Shown here: positions 24,113 through 37,412 of the stretch, one piece after another | Layout of the letters: every line of letters starts with the position of its first letter | How positions within the stretch are numbered: the first letter of the stretch is position 1 | DNA from: Eledone cirrhosa | Taxonomy: Eukaryota | Direction: 5' to 3' | Length of the DNA: 64,000 nt | Assembly (NCBI GenBank): GCA_964016885.1 | Contig: OZ024762.1 | Coordinates: 6,448,001-6,512,000, forward strand | Notes under the pieces: model-generated | Told to the model about the DNA's origin: nothing | Databases searched by the model: none | What the model saw: only the letters and a program-made list of their open reading frames with translations | Made by a program: the position numbers and the translations under genes

Positions 24113-24935
24113 CATGAGGTTGGCATTAGGAAGGGCATCCAACTGTAGAAACCACGCCAGAATCAGTCCTGTATGAACAAGACATGGTCACCTGACCTAG
24201 CATTGCCCACAACAGGTAAACCTGTTTAACCCATGCTAGCGCGGAAAATGGACATAAGACGGAGGTGATCATGATATATGTATATACACACAAATATATA
24301 TATCGTTTCTACTTTTTGGCACAAGGCCAGCAATTACCCAGTGTATTACTGGTACTTTATTTTATCAACCCCGTAAGGATGAAAGGCAAAGTTAACCTCG
24401 ACGAGATTTGAACTCAGAATGGCAAGGGCCGTAACTCTATGCATCAAAGCATGGCGTCCGACACACAAATATATATATATATCATTATCATGATATATAT
24501 GCGTGTGTATATATATATTTGTGTGTGTGTGGATGTTATGTTGGTACCACAAAACATCTAGTCCACTCTGTAAATGGTTGTGTAGGTGTCACGACAAAAA
24601 GCATCCAGCCCACGGTGTAAAGTGGTTGTGTAAAAGACATGGTAAAAAGCACCCAGCACACACTGTAAATGTGGTTGGCACTAGGAAGGGCATCCAGCTG
24701 TAGAAAACCAGCCAGAAACTGTCCTATATGAGTGAGACACGGTCACCTGACCCAACTTGCCTCTAAATGGGACAAATCCGTCTAACCCATGCTAGCATGG
24801 AAGATGAACTTTAAACGATGATGATGATGATATGTATATATATATATATATATATATACACATGTATATATATATATTATATATATATATATATATATAT
24901 GCCCGTCCCCTAAATCTATTTTATTTCTCATTCTT

Positions 24936-24971
24936 TCTTCTGATGAAGGACTAGCGTCCGAAACGTTAAGA
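24936..24971 (+). ncRNA. Minimal type I hammerhead ribozyme motif (Penelope-type)
   Basis: TCTT-CTGATGA-A-GGAC-tagc-GTCC-GAAA-CGT-T-AAGA: complete core, 4-bp stem II, palindromic ACGT stem III, 4-bp stem I. Confidence 0.7.
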
Positions 24972-25056
24972 CCCTCTTCCTGCTATATCAAGCGTTAACC
25001 TAATATATACCTTCCATATACTGTACCAATTGTGTTGTTATTTCTGTTTACCTTTT

Positions 25057-25096
<40 letters not shown>

Positions 25097-25549
25097 ATGG
25101 TATTATTTATCTCACTACACTATTTAAAAGGTTAATGCTTAGGTGTTTTATATTTATAGAGATAGATAAATCTATAGAGTGATATCGTTTATCTCCTTCC
25201 GATATAGACAATATATGCTAGGGTGTGATATATCTGGGGTGTGGGTGGATAGATAAATATGTAGTGGTAAATTCTTATATATCAAGGTAAAGTGGTGGGG
25301 TGTTAGATAAATCTATAATGATATCATTTATCACATTCTAATATATACAATATATTCTAGGAGTGTAGATGAGTAGATATCTCATTACAATAATATTTAG
25401 GGTATTATATCTTGTGTTCATAATTTATTTCACTACATTATACAAAAGTTAGTGGTAAGTTCTTATATATCTAGGTGAAGTGGTGGAGTGTTAGATAAAT
25501 CTATAATGATATCATTTATCACATTCCAATATACAAAATATATTCTAAT

Positions 25550-26105
25550 GGCTGGGGGAGATAAACCTATAGCATATAAATCATTTATCACACAATATAT
25601 TCCAATGGCTAGGGGAGATAAACCTATAGCATATAAATCATTTATCACACAATATATTCCAATGACTAGGGGAGATAAACCTATAGCATATAAATCATTT
25701 ATCACACAATATATTCCAATGGCTAGGGGAGATAAACCTATAGCATATAAATCATTTATCACACAATATATTCCAATGGCTAGGGGAGATAAACCTATAG
25801 CATATAAATCATTTATCACACAATATATTCCAATGACTAGGGGAGATAAACCTATAGCATATAAATCATTTATCACACAATATATTCCAATGACTAGGGG
25901 AGATAAACCTATAGCATATAAATCATTTATCACACAATATATTCCAATGGCTAGGGGAGATAAACCTATAGCATATAAATCATTTATCACACAATATATT
26001 CCAATGGCTAGGGGAGATAAACCTATAGCATATAAATCATTTATCACACAATATATTCCAATGGTTAGGGGAGATAAACCTATAGCATATAAATCATTTA
26101 TCACA
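25550..26105. repeat. 57-bp minisatellite, about 10 copies
   Basis: Unit contains GGGGAGATAAACCTATAGCATATAAATCATTTATCACAC. Confidence 0.97.
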
Positions 26106-27504
26106 CTACAATATAAAGTTAATGGGTTTATATAAATTTATAATGACATCATTTAACACATTCCAATATATACAATATATAGTAGGGTATTATATTTCTA
26201 GGGTGTGGGTGTATATGACTTATATCTCTACAATATAGAGAAAGTTAATGGTAACTTCTTATACATCTAGAGGAGGCGGTAGTGGGGTGTTAGTGATATC
26301 ATTCATCATATTCCAATATATACAATATTTCCAGGGTGTTACATATGAAGGAGGTGGGTGGGTGGGTTGATAGACCTATAGCATATAAATCATTTATCAC
26401 ACTACAATATAAAGTTAATGGGTTTAAATATATCTAGAATGATATCATTTATCACATTCCAATATATATAATCGATAGTAGGTTATTATATATGTAGGAG
26501 GTGTGTGGGCAGATATGTAGCGATATCACTTATATCACTACAATATATAGAAAGATAACTGGGTTTCTGGTTGTTACAAGAAAAACCAGTGTGTGACGAG
26601 GTTCCACTCAATAAATATACAAAAATAAATAAAATAAGAAATTAGGAAAATAGTTTGAATAGCAACAAAACTATTGCCATATTTTTGTGTGTATAATACT
26701 ATTTCAGAAGCTAACAAAAAATGGGAAAAAACTACATCCTTATGTATAATATGAACCCACAGACATCTTCTTTGCCCTCTTATTCCTGGGAAGGTCATGG
26801 GGGTAGAGTCCTCAAACACTCCTTCCAGTGGGTCCTCTCAGAAGCAACCGTCTCCAATTAATCCAGCTGGATTCCCAAGCTAGACCAGCCGAGCTCATGG
26901 ATGTTATCCAACCATCTTGCTCAGGGTCTACCCCTAGGTCTCCTGCCGGTTGGTTTTGCCCATAAAATCCGTCCATTGATTCTTGAGCACAGTCATGTCT
27001 TTGTAAATTTTTTGGGGGGGTAAAATTATATTGTTCTATCAATAAAAATCTCAATCTTACACAACACACATATTTCACTATAATACTCAGTTTTTTATGA
27101 AGTTAAAGAATGTAAATACAACTGGATGCTTAGCATTTTATAAAGAATTGTAACCAACACATATTTGCAATCTTGCCAAGCCCAGTAAAAAATTTCTGAA
27201 AACTTGTACTCATGTATTATATCACCCACGTTTTTTGCTCATAATTTTTAGTTCAAAATTTCTCGCATTAGACATGAGAAATTACAGCATTTATATTTAG
27301 CAGCAGAATGAAAAAACAAAACAAAAACAAAAGAAAAACAAGACCCCCCCTTCTCCTGGCTGAAGTCTAGATGAGTCAATATAAATAATTGATTTAAAAT
27401 CATTGATTGGCAAAGTTAATTTATTAATTTATTGATCTGCAATGTTGATTGAGATGACTGAGTAAGCTTCAACCAAGGGGAACATTTCAGCATGGTTGGA
27501 AGAT

Positions 27505-27692
27505 TATGATGATAAACAGGAAGTGATTAAGTCAGGATGGAGGCAGAGTGGATGGGTTCTAGACTCTGGCTGAGGTAGGAGAAGGGGGAAGATGTGTCAT
27601 ATGATGATAAACAGGGATTAAGTCAGGATGGAGGCAGAGTGGATGGGTTCTTGACCCTGGCTGAGGTAGGAGAGGGGGGAAGATGTGTCATA
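27505..27692. repeat. About 90-bp direct duplication
   Basis: ATGATGATAAACAGG...GGGGAAGATGTGTCAT occurs twice. Confidence 0.9.
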
Positions 27693-28034
27693 TTTATGGT
27701 AGCAAAAAAAAAAAAAAAAATCACGGTCAGTTGTCCGCAACTTTTAATCCACCACTGGTTGAAATATATTGAAATGAGTTGGGGAGGTGTATGTGTGGTT
27801 GTGGTAGGGTAGTTGGATTACAATTATGAGAGGTCGGGGAGAGGTAAGATGATGAGAGATGAAGCAACATTTTGTTTTTCTTTACAAAGAGTTGGCAGGA
27901 CAACCCTTCAGTCATGTCAAGGACATGGGAAGCTCCTTAGTGCTGGTGATTTACACAATTATTGCACTTAGTACACTCTGTAAGCATTTGGTGATGGGAA
28001 GGGCATCCAGCCGTAGAAAGGTGTTGGGAGGACC

Positions 28035-28450
28035 CTTCAGTTGTGTCAAGGACGTGACAATCTTCCCAGTACTGGTGAACTACATGATAAAAGCACCCAG
28101 GACATGCTGTAAAGTGGTTGGTGATAGGAAGGGTATTCAGTTATGTCAAGGGAAAGACAGTCCCCCCAGTACTGGTGAACTACATGATAAAAGCACCCAG
28201 GACATACTGTAAAGTGGTTGGTGATAGGAAGGGTATTCAGTTATGTCAAGGGAAAGACAGTCCTCCCAGTACTGGTGAACTACATGATAAAAGCACCCAG
28301 GACATACTGTAAAGTGGTTGGTGATAGGAAGGGTATTCAGTTATGTCAAGGGAAAGACAGTCCCCCCCAGTACTGGTGAACTACATGATAAAAGCACCCA
28401 GGACATGCTGTAAAGTGGTTGGTGATAGGGAAGGCATTCAGCTGTAGAAA
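28035..28450. repeat. 100-bp tandem repeat, about 4 copies, derived from the SINE family B body
   Basis: Unit includes AAAGCACCCAG...GTAAAGTGGTTGGTGATAGGAAGGG. Confidence 0.92.
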
Positions 28451-29878
28451 GCTTGTCAAACAAAGGGTTGGGAGAATCCTCAGTTGTGTCAAAGTCATGA
28501 TAACATCCCCTTGTGCACTCGGTAGAATGTGAGACCATACATAAGTAAGATGCAGATCCCTGGCTTGTCTGGGAGATCAGTAGCTCTGCTTCAGTACTGA
28601 CTTGGTCTATGCAGACCCATCCAACCCCTGTAAGCAGGGAAAGTGGATGTTCAAACGATGATGATGATTCTTGAATCATCATCATTTTAAATTTCATCAA
28701 GCAGAGTAATTAATAAAATATATATGAGTAATTAATAAAAAAAAACTTGATGTTATTTTGAATTAAGAGGTTGCAATAATTAACTATATTAGTAGAAAAT
28801 ATCTAAAAATGGGGTTTGTTAATTGAAATGTTTATAGTATGTTTACTAGTGGACAGATATTGTGAAAATTTGCAGTATTAGAGTAAAGACATTAATTTTT
28901 AATGTGATGTAGTCATGGTGTTGTTTTGTACTTTTCAAGAAGAATGTCTGGCTGATATGGTTAAATACTTTAATTTTTAATGTCTTGCTAATGTGGTACA
29001 GGACATTAAGAGTTAATTATATTTTATTAATTAATAAGTAATCATACAATACAGCTTCAATATGAGAGAGTAGTGATAGTTTACTACAAAAATTATCTGT
29101 GTGGGAGATAGGGTACTGGCACAAGAGCAAATTAAGAATCCTGAACATTTTAACAGGGCCCTTGCCAGCATAAATAATATATTTTTTATGTTAGCAAAAG
29201 AAACAACAATTAATTTGTGTTTGCTTAACACTTACTATACCAACTTTGTTTGACCCTTTCAATACTAACCCAGCCAAAACTACCCCTGTTCCTATTCAGT
29301 TTTGGTTAACCCTTTTAACACCACACCGCCTGAAACTGGCTTTGGTTCTATGAAACAAAACCAACCATTTTAAAAGGGTTTGTATTGAAGTTAAAATCTT
29401 CCAGCATAATTTTATTTAAGAACCATTTGTTAAGTGACTATTTTAGTAAGAAATAATTATTAATATGAGTAAACCCAACAAAATCCTTTAATTAAATTAA
29501 TTGAAATAGACTATATTTCATTAGAAATATGGTAATGAAAGGGTTAAAAACTCCTACTGTGATAGTGTAGCAATGGGATCATTCTCTCTTGAAATACAAT
29601 TTGTAAACACCTAAGTCCCAGGGATGAAGGGTTTTGTAACTTAATTCTTTGATTATGAACCATTTTTGTCTGTGAAATATTTAGAATTATCACTAATTTA
29701 TTTGAACTGTGACCTTTTGCTACCTAGCTACAGGAAGCCACCTTGGATTCTACTATACAAAACTGCTTGCTTTAAAGTGTTTATATATATGCTCCAAACA
29801 CAAGCTTAATAATGAGAAAGTAAATTATATTACTAAATCTCTCTAAATTCTTGATTATTAAAAAAATTATTTAAAAAT

Positions 29879-30010
29879 CATAGGCAGTGTCTTTCATTAG
29901 AAATATGGTAATGAAAGGGTTAAACATAGGCAGTGTCTTTCATTAGAAATATGGTAATGAAAGGGTTAAACATAGGCAGTGTCTTTCATTAGAAATATGG
30001 TAATGAAAGA
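29879..30010. repeat. 44-bp tandem repeat, 3 copies (same unit as 42996 and 61862)
   Basis: CATAGGCAGTGTCTTTCATTAGAAATATGGTAATGAAAGGGTTAAA. Confidence 0.92.
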
Positions 30011-30754
30011 GTAAAAAAAAAATGATCTGACTCTCAGTTTCCATTGTTAGTTCAACAACAATCTAACCCTTCCTTACCGTATTTCTATTGTAATACACTG
30101 TATTTTAATTCATCAAAGAAACATTTGGAGAGGATTTACTAAAATAATTAATCATTTCATTAAGATAATACGTCACATAAATCATTTTATATATATTTAT
30201 GTTGTAAGGTTGTATTTTAAATAAGAACCCTTTAAAATGGTTGATTTTGTTTCACAGAACCAGAGTTGATTTTGGCTGGGTTGGTATTAAAAGGGTTGGG
30301 CATTTGTATAGGGAGAATATAAAGTATATTAAGGTCACAAGCATCTTAGATAGCTGGGTTTTGAGTTCAAACCCACTAGAAGATGACTTTTTCATTATGG
30401 GTTTAGTTTTAATTAGATAGAATTTATTTAGTTAATACTGATTTAACTATTAATGTTTCATGCAACAGATCCTTGGAAATCTACCACCCCTGCCCTACAC
30501 CCAGTGATAATATTATATTCAACAGGCCTTAATTCATCTGTCTGTGGTGAACAGAGACCAGAGCTTCCGGAGAAGTTACGTGCAATAGACTAGCACCTTG
30601 TCCTGGGAGTATGTTTCATTCTCATCCATTTAAAACTACAGAAATCAGAAATACTGGACCTATGGTCCCTGGAGGGAAATGACAAAAAATCTGTTAAATT
30701 TTGACAAAGTGTACAGTCAGTCTACTTGTACTAGGAGCTTCAGATCCTACTAGC

Positions 30755-31145
30755 TATATAGTGTGTAGAATTATATATACATGTTTTTTCCAGCTAGAAA
30801 TATTGGACAATTGTCTATATAGTGTGTATAATTATATATACATGTTTTTTCCAGCTAGAAATATTGGACAATTGTCTATATAGTGTGTATAATTATATAT
30901 ACATGTTTTTTCCAGCTAGAAATATTGGACAATTGTCTATATAGTGTGTATAATTATATATACATGTTTTTTCCAGCTAGAAATATTGGACAATTGTCTA
31001 TATAGTGTGTATAATTATATATACATGTTTTTTCCAGCTAGAAATATTGGACAATTGTCTATATAGTGTGTATAATTATATATACATGTTTTTTCCAGCT
31101 AGAAATATTGGACAATTGTCTATATAGTGTGTATAATTATATATA
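30755..31145. repeat. 62-bp tandem repeat, about 6 near-identical copies
   Basis: Unit contains CATGTTTTTTCCAGCTAGAAATATTGGACAATTGTC. Confidence 0.96.
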
Positions 31146-31379
31146 GACAGTTGATTGACAAGATCCCAGACCTCATCAAATCAGACCGAGGAATCAATGT
31201 TTCCATTGGTCTTTCCAATTGCTAATGCTATCTACTAGTTGCAAATCCAGACAGAAGGAGCAACATGAAATAAAGTGCCTTGCTCAAGGACATAATGCAT
31301 CACCTGGAAATCGAACTCACAACCTCACGATAGTGAATCCAATTTTCTAACCACTCATTGACGCATCTTCATATATATA

Positions 31380-31540
31380 TAGGAAAAAGTTTAACCCCGA
31401 CGGCAGAGCTCAAGCCGTTTCGACGGCTATTTCTGGACTAGTTGGTTAAACTTTTTCCCATTACCCACTCTACTACCATAAGTATTGAGTACTCTAGTGC
31501 ATTATGGTCCATCTGGTTCCTTACCATACCTCCTTCGTTA
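31380..31540 (-). mobile_element. Short unclassified element inserted in (TA)n; same family as 34331-34548
   Basis: Reverse complement collinear with the 34331 copy; internal IR GGAAAAAGTTTAACC/GGTTAAACTTTTTCC. Confidence 0.7.
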
Positions 31541-31737
31541 TATATATACACATACACACACGTTCCAGCAAGTAATATTATACTACTGTGTTTACAGTGT
31601 GTATAATATTACCGTTCATTAAATTTTATTTATATCTAGAATATTGTTTTCTAAGTTTAAGTTGAAGGCCACCAAATTTGGGAGGAGAAAGCCCATTATA
31701 TTAACCTCAGTACATTACTGGTACTTTATTTCATCTA

Positions 31738-32082
31738 CTAGTTGTTAGTACCCAGCTAGCTGTTAGTATCTAGCTGCTAGTAATTATCTGTAAAGTATCT
31801 AGCTGGAAGTACTAAGTTGTTAGTACCTAGCTGATAGTACCTAGATGTTAGTACCTAGATGTTAGTACCTAGATGTTAGTACCTAGTTGTTAGTACCTAG
31901 CTGTTAGTATCTAGCTGGAAGTACCAAGTTGTTAGTACCTAGCTGTTAGTATCTAGCTGGAAGTACCAAGTTGTTAGTACCTAGCTGATAGTACCTAGAT
32001 GTTAGTACCTAGCTGATAGTACCTAGATGTTAGTACCCAGCTGTTAGTATCTAGCTGGATGTAACAAATTGTTAGTACCTAA
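31738..32082. repeat. 13-14-bp minisatellite (CTAGNTGTTAGTAC)
   Basis: Direct inspection. Confidence 0.9.
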
Positions 32083-32599
32083 ATGTATGAATAAAAAAAT
32101 AAAAAGAGCCCCCAAAAGATTAACCATAACAACAAGAAAAAACTATTATTAGGAGTCAACGAGGGATTCTCTAAACATGCTAGAAATAACAGTCAAGTTT
32201 CCCTCAAAACCAAATGTACTTTTAAATATATCATTCAGAAAAATAAGATGGAATGGTCATAGGACTGCTTGGTCAGAGTTGACCTGGTGCTAAACAACAA
32301 CAACAACAACAACAAAAATATATACTGCTATTAAATTTTGAAAGTGTCTTAGTTGATTATAAGCTGCTACAATGCAGGCTTAACTATAAAACCCAAACAA
32401 GTTGGACTCCAACTCCAGAGGTTTATATATTTGACTATATTATAGTTAAACCTTCAACCTGCGTTGTAGCAGTATAAAATAAGCCAAAAGACTTTCTGAA
32501 TTAAAATTTGCTCAACACTTCATAAACTGATTGGTTTTTGTTTAAACAATTAAAGTTTGATGGATGTTCATGTAGGTTTATGTTCAAGAGCATGTGTGT

Positions 32600-33345
32600 T
32601 GTAGGAAAGTGGTTTATTGTGGTGTGGGTGAGTGGTTTATTGTGGTGTGGGTGAGTGGTTTAATGTGGTGTTGTGGGTGAGTGGTTTATTGTGGTGTTGG
32701 TGTGGTTTATTGTGTTGTAGGAGTGAGTTATTGTGCTGTGGGAGTGGTCTGTTGTGTTGTGGGAGTGGTTTGTTGTGGTGTTGTGGGTGAGTGGTTTATT
32801 GTAGTGTGGGAGTGGTATATTGTGTTGTAGGAGTGAGTTAGTGCTGTGGGAGTGGTTTATTGTGTTGTGGGAGTGGTTTGTTGGTCTGTGGGAGTGGTTT
32901 GTTGTGTTTTGGGAGTGGTTTGTCGTGGGGGAGTGGTTTATTGTGGTGTCGTGGGGGAGTGGTTTATTGTGGTGTTGTGGGTGAGTGGTTTATTGTAGTG
33001 TGGGAGTGGTATATTGTGTTGTAGGAGTGAGTTAGTGCTGTGGGAGTGGTTTATTGTGTTGCGGGAGTGGTTTGTTGGTCTGTGGGAGTGGTTTGTTGTG
33101 TTGTTGTAGTGTTGTGGGAGTGGTTTGTCGTGGGGGAGTGGTTTGTCGTGGTGTCGTGGGGGAGTGGTTTGTCGTGGTGTCGTGGGGGAGTGGTTTATTG
33201 TGGTGTTGTGGGAGAGTGGTTTATTGTGGTGTTGTGTGGGAGTAGTTTATTGTGGTGTTGTGTGGGAGTGGTTTATTGTGGTGTTGTGGGAGTGGTTTAT
33301 TGTGTTTTGCGAGAGTGGTTTATTGTGGTGTGGGAGTGGTTTATT
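32600..33345. repeat. GT-rich degenerate minisatellite (GGGAGTGGTTTATTGTGGTGTT) just 3' of the GOPC stop
   Basis: Direct inspection; reads CACAATAAACCAC on the GOPC sense strand. Confidence 0.9.
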
Positions 33346-33447
33346 AATTGAAGTGTATGAGACAATGGTTGGTTCAAATCGCATTTACAGATGTAAGTTT
33401 AGAAATGGGCCCGAGCGTTGGGGTTGTGTGTGACTAATTATTGCTTA

Positions 33448-33600
33448 TCAACTTGCAAGCTGCTTAAACTCATTATCTTTGGCAGAGATATGTGTTGATG
33501 GTTGACTGGGGCTTGTTGGTTCTCGAGCTGGACTGTCAGAAATCTTCATGAGATCCTCCTGCTCCACCTCCTCCTTTACCCCCTCCTGAACTACCTCACC

Positions 33601-33631
<31 letters not shown>

Positions 33632-33763
33632 TGCTGTTCCTCTGTTGCAGTTGTCTCTGGGCAATTCTTAATTTCAGAGGCTCTGCTTTTGTTTGGACTT
33701 TGGAGAAGTACATTATCGTGGTCTGTTGTGGTGATGTTAGTGTCTGAGCTGACTTGTGGAGTT
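33448..33763 (-). CDS. GOPC: GOPC terminal coding exon (low-complexity tail with Q12), TGA at 33448-33450
   Basis: ttttgcag acceptor in a phase matching the previous exon; open to TGA; no recognisable homology, so assigned by frame and position. Confidence 0.75.
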
Positions 33764-33802
33764 CTGCAAAATATACAAATACTTATTGATTTTATATGGT
33801 TT

Positions 33803-34292
33803 ATACACACACACAAGCACATATGTATATATATACACATATACACATGCCTATATACACACACACAAGCACATATGTATATATATACACATATACACAT
33901 GCCTATATACACACACACACAAACACATATGTATATATACACACACACACAAACACATATGTATATATATACACATATACACATGCCTATATACACACAC
34001 ACAAACACATATGTATATATATACACATATACGCATGCCTATATACACACACAAACACATATGTATATATATACACATATACACATGCCTATATACACAC
34101 ACACAAACACATGTATATATATACACATATACACATGCCTATATACACACACACAAACACATATGTATATATATACACATATACTCATGCCTATATACAC
34201 ACACACAAACACATATGTATATATATACACACACACAAACACATATGTATATATATACACATATACACATGCCTATATACACACACACACAA

Positions 34293-34332
<40 letters not shown>
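33803..34332. repeat. Compound CA/TA minisatellite
   Basis: Recurrent CACATATACACATGCCTATATACAC units. Confidence 0.92.
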
Positions 34333-34334
<2 letters not shown>

Positions 34335-34548
34335 CGAAGGAGTTGTGGTAAGGGACCAGATGGACCATAACGCACCAGAGTACTCAATACTTAGGGTAGT
34401 AGAGTGGGTAATAGGAAAATGTATGACCCCGACGGCAGAGCTCAAGCCGTTTCGACGGCTATTTCTGGACTGTTATTTCTATTCAGTCCAGAAATAGCCG
34501 TCGAAACAGCTTGAGCTCTGCCGTCGGGGTCATACATTTTCCTATATA
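34331..34548 (+). mobile_element. Short unclassified element ending in a 62-bp-arm fold-back
   Basis: Arms 34411-34472 and 34484-34545 with one mismatch. Confidence 0.75.
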
Positions 34549-35314
34549 TCATCATCATCATCATCATTTCATTTTACGTCCGGTTTTCCCTGCTTGCAAG
34601 GGTGGGACGGGAACTGATTCTGGCTTGATTTCTACAGCTGGATGCCCTTCCTAACACCAACCTCATTTACAGTGAGTGCTGGGTGCTTTTTTGCCGTGGC
34701 ACCTCCACGACCACTTTGCAGTGGAATGATAGGGACCCTAGTCCTTATCATCTCATTTCTACAGCTGAGTAAACTATATATAGAATCATGGATCAACTAA
34801 GCACTCTTGCTATATTAACACATATTGATCTGCTTAACTTCAAGAACTATGCCTGTAAATAGCATTATTTTTTCTTTCACATTGACTTTTATGCTCTACA
34901 TTACGCCCGTTCTTTTTCTTTTTTTTTCTTTTCACTTCATAAACCTAGTTTGTAAATAACATTATTCTTTCTGCACCTTCTCTTTAACATGTGCGACACC
35001 ACCATTTTACACCAATACATTTCACTATCATTTGATAATGCATAAAAATGCTGAAACCGGTAATAGACAATTATTAAATATATAAATAGATAAATAAATG
35101 CCATTGTTAAATAATAAATAAATCAACTAATGAAGGCCAATTAAAACTATGTTTTAGTATATATATATATTTCTTATATTGCATATATAAATATAAACAC
35201 ACACACATATATATATATATATATATTAGAAGCCCTCCTCTCCCACTGGAATTGTCTGAGTTACTTCACTTACCCCTGAGATTATTTTAACAAGCAATTA
35301 ACTCTGCTTGTGTT

Positions 35315-35645
35315 GTTCTAAATCTAATTACGTGTAGTTCTAAATCTAATTACGTGTAGTTCTAAATCTAATTACGTGTAGTTCTAAATCTAATTACGTG
35401 TAGTTCTAAATCTAATTTTGTGTAGTTCTAAATCTAATTATTTGTAGTTCAAAATCTAATTTTATGTAGTTCAAAATCTAATTTTATGTAGTTCTTAAAT
35501 CTAATATTATGTAGTTCAAAATCTAATTTTATGTAGTTCTTAAATCTAATTTTATGTAGTTCTTAAATCTAATTTTATGTAGTTCTTAAATCTAATGTGT
35601 AGTTCAAAATCTAATTTTATGTAGTTCTAAATCTAATTTTGTAGC
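35315..35645. repeat. 22-23-bp minisatellite
   Basis: TAGTTCTAAATCTAATTACGTG and variants. Confidence 0.93.
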
Positions 35646-35777
35646 AAATGCTACATGTCATTACATGGTAAAGTGTAACAAATAGCTCCCATTACATTAG
35701 AAATGCTTCTCTGACTCAGAGAATATTATAAAGTTTGATGCAGTTGTAAAATCTCCTTAAATGAAATCCTGACTCAC

Positions 35778-35966
35778 CTGGTTGGACTCCCTAGAGAGGG
35801 GTCTGTAGTCAGAGGGGGATTGGGGGGATTGCTCTGGTCCTCAATTTTGTTTAGGTGTAAGTTATGTGGCAACAAAGGGCCATTCTCCCTCAGTTCACTG
35901 TCTAAAGGGCTCTCTGCATGTCCATTGCTCACATCACTGGCAACATCATCATCATAGATTCGGTAA
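35778..35966 (-). CDS. GOPC: GOPC exon (YRIYDDDVASDVSNGHAES...GSPT)
   Basis: Continues the GFR/YRIY motif (vertebrate GHRYRLY); ttatgtag acceptor, gtgagt donor; 189 bp. Confidence 0.88.
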
Positions 35967-36589
35967 CTACATAAAGATAAAAAAAAGAAAGAAAACATGT
36001 TAGTTGTGATTTTAATAATCAGAATTTATTAGCACTACTTAAATACAAATTAGTGTAGTATTAAGGTATTTAACCCTTTCATTACCATAAGTTTAATAAA
36101 AGACACTACCTATGAAATAATTTTGAAAATAATCAAGAATTTGGAAGGATTTAAGATAACTTTCTCATTATTTAGCTGGTATTTGGAACACCACCTAATA
36201 AAGGTTCTTACATAAAATTATAACGGAAGGTTTTTAGATGAATATAAACACTTTAACTCTTTCATTATCGTATTTCTCATGGAAAAAACAGCCTACGATC
36301 TTCAAATAATTTTAAAAATAATTTGGCAGAATGGAGTAATATAACTATTTTTTTCACCATTTAAGCTGGTGTTTGGAACATAACAAAGGTTCTTACATAA
36401 AAATATGGGGGAAAGGTTTTAGATAAATATAAACACTTTAAAATAAACAGTTTTGTGTCACAGAACCAGGGACAATTTCAGGTGTTTTGTAAAAAATGGG
36501 TTATCCCTTTTGTTACCATATTTTTTTTAATTGAAATACACAAACTATAACTTTGAAATAATATAGAAAATACACACATAGATGTACAT

Positions 36590-37412
36590 ATACATACACA
36601 CACATATGCATACATACATATACACATAAACACAACAATCCATACATGTACACATATGCATACATACACACACATATGCATACATACATATACACATAAA
36701 CACAACAATCCAGACATGTGCCACACATATGCATACATACACACACATATGCATACATACATATACACATAAACACAACAATCCATACATGTACACATAT
36801 GCATACATACACACACATATGCATACATACATATACACATAAACACAACAATCCAGACATGTGCCACACATATGCATACATACACACACATATGCATACA
36901 TACATATACACATAAACACAACAATCCATACATGTACACATATGCATACATACACACACATATGCATACATACATATACACATAAACACAACAATCCAGA
37001 CATGTGCCACACATATGCATACATACACACACATATGCATACATACATATACACATAAACACAACAATCCATACATGTACACATATGCATACATACACAC
37101 ACATATGCATACATACATATACACATAAACACAACAATCCAGACATGTGCCACACATATGCATACATACACACACATATGCATACATACATATACACATA
37201 AACACAACAATCCATAGATGTACACATATGCATACATACACACACATATGCATACATACATATACACATAAACACAACAATCCATACATGTGCCACACAT
37301 ATGCATACATACACACACATATGCATACATACATATACACATAAACACAACAATCCATACATAAACACAACAATCCATACATACACACACATATGCATAC
37401 ATACACACACAT
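36590..37412. repeat. CA-rich higher-order repeat (143-bp period, two subunits)
   Basis: Identical ORFs at 36718, 36861, 37004 and a near-identical one at 37147 show the 143-bp period. Confidence 0.95.

Noticed and set aside
23328-26135. Cys/Lys-rich repeat ORF (23328-24035) and 213-215 aa ORFs (25463-26135)
   Set aside because: Translations of 39-bp and 57-bp minisatellites whose unit lengths are multiples of 3
27506-27665. Two tandem C/D-box snoRNA-like units (ATGATGA...CTGA)
   Set aside because: No terminal stem, no recognisable rRNA guide and no host intron on this strand; explained as a simple duplication
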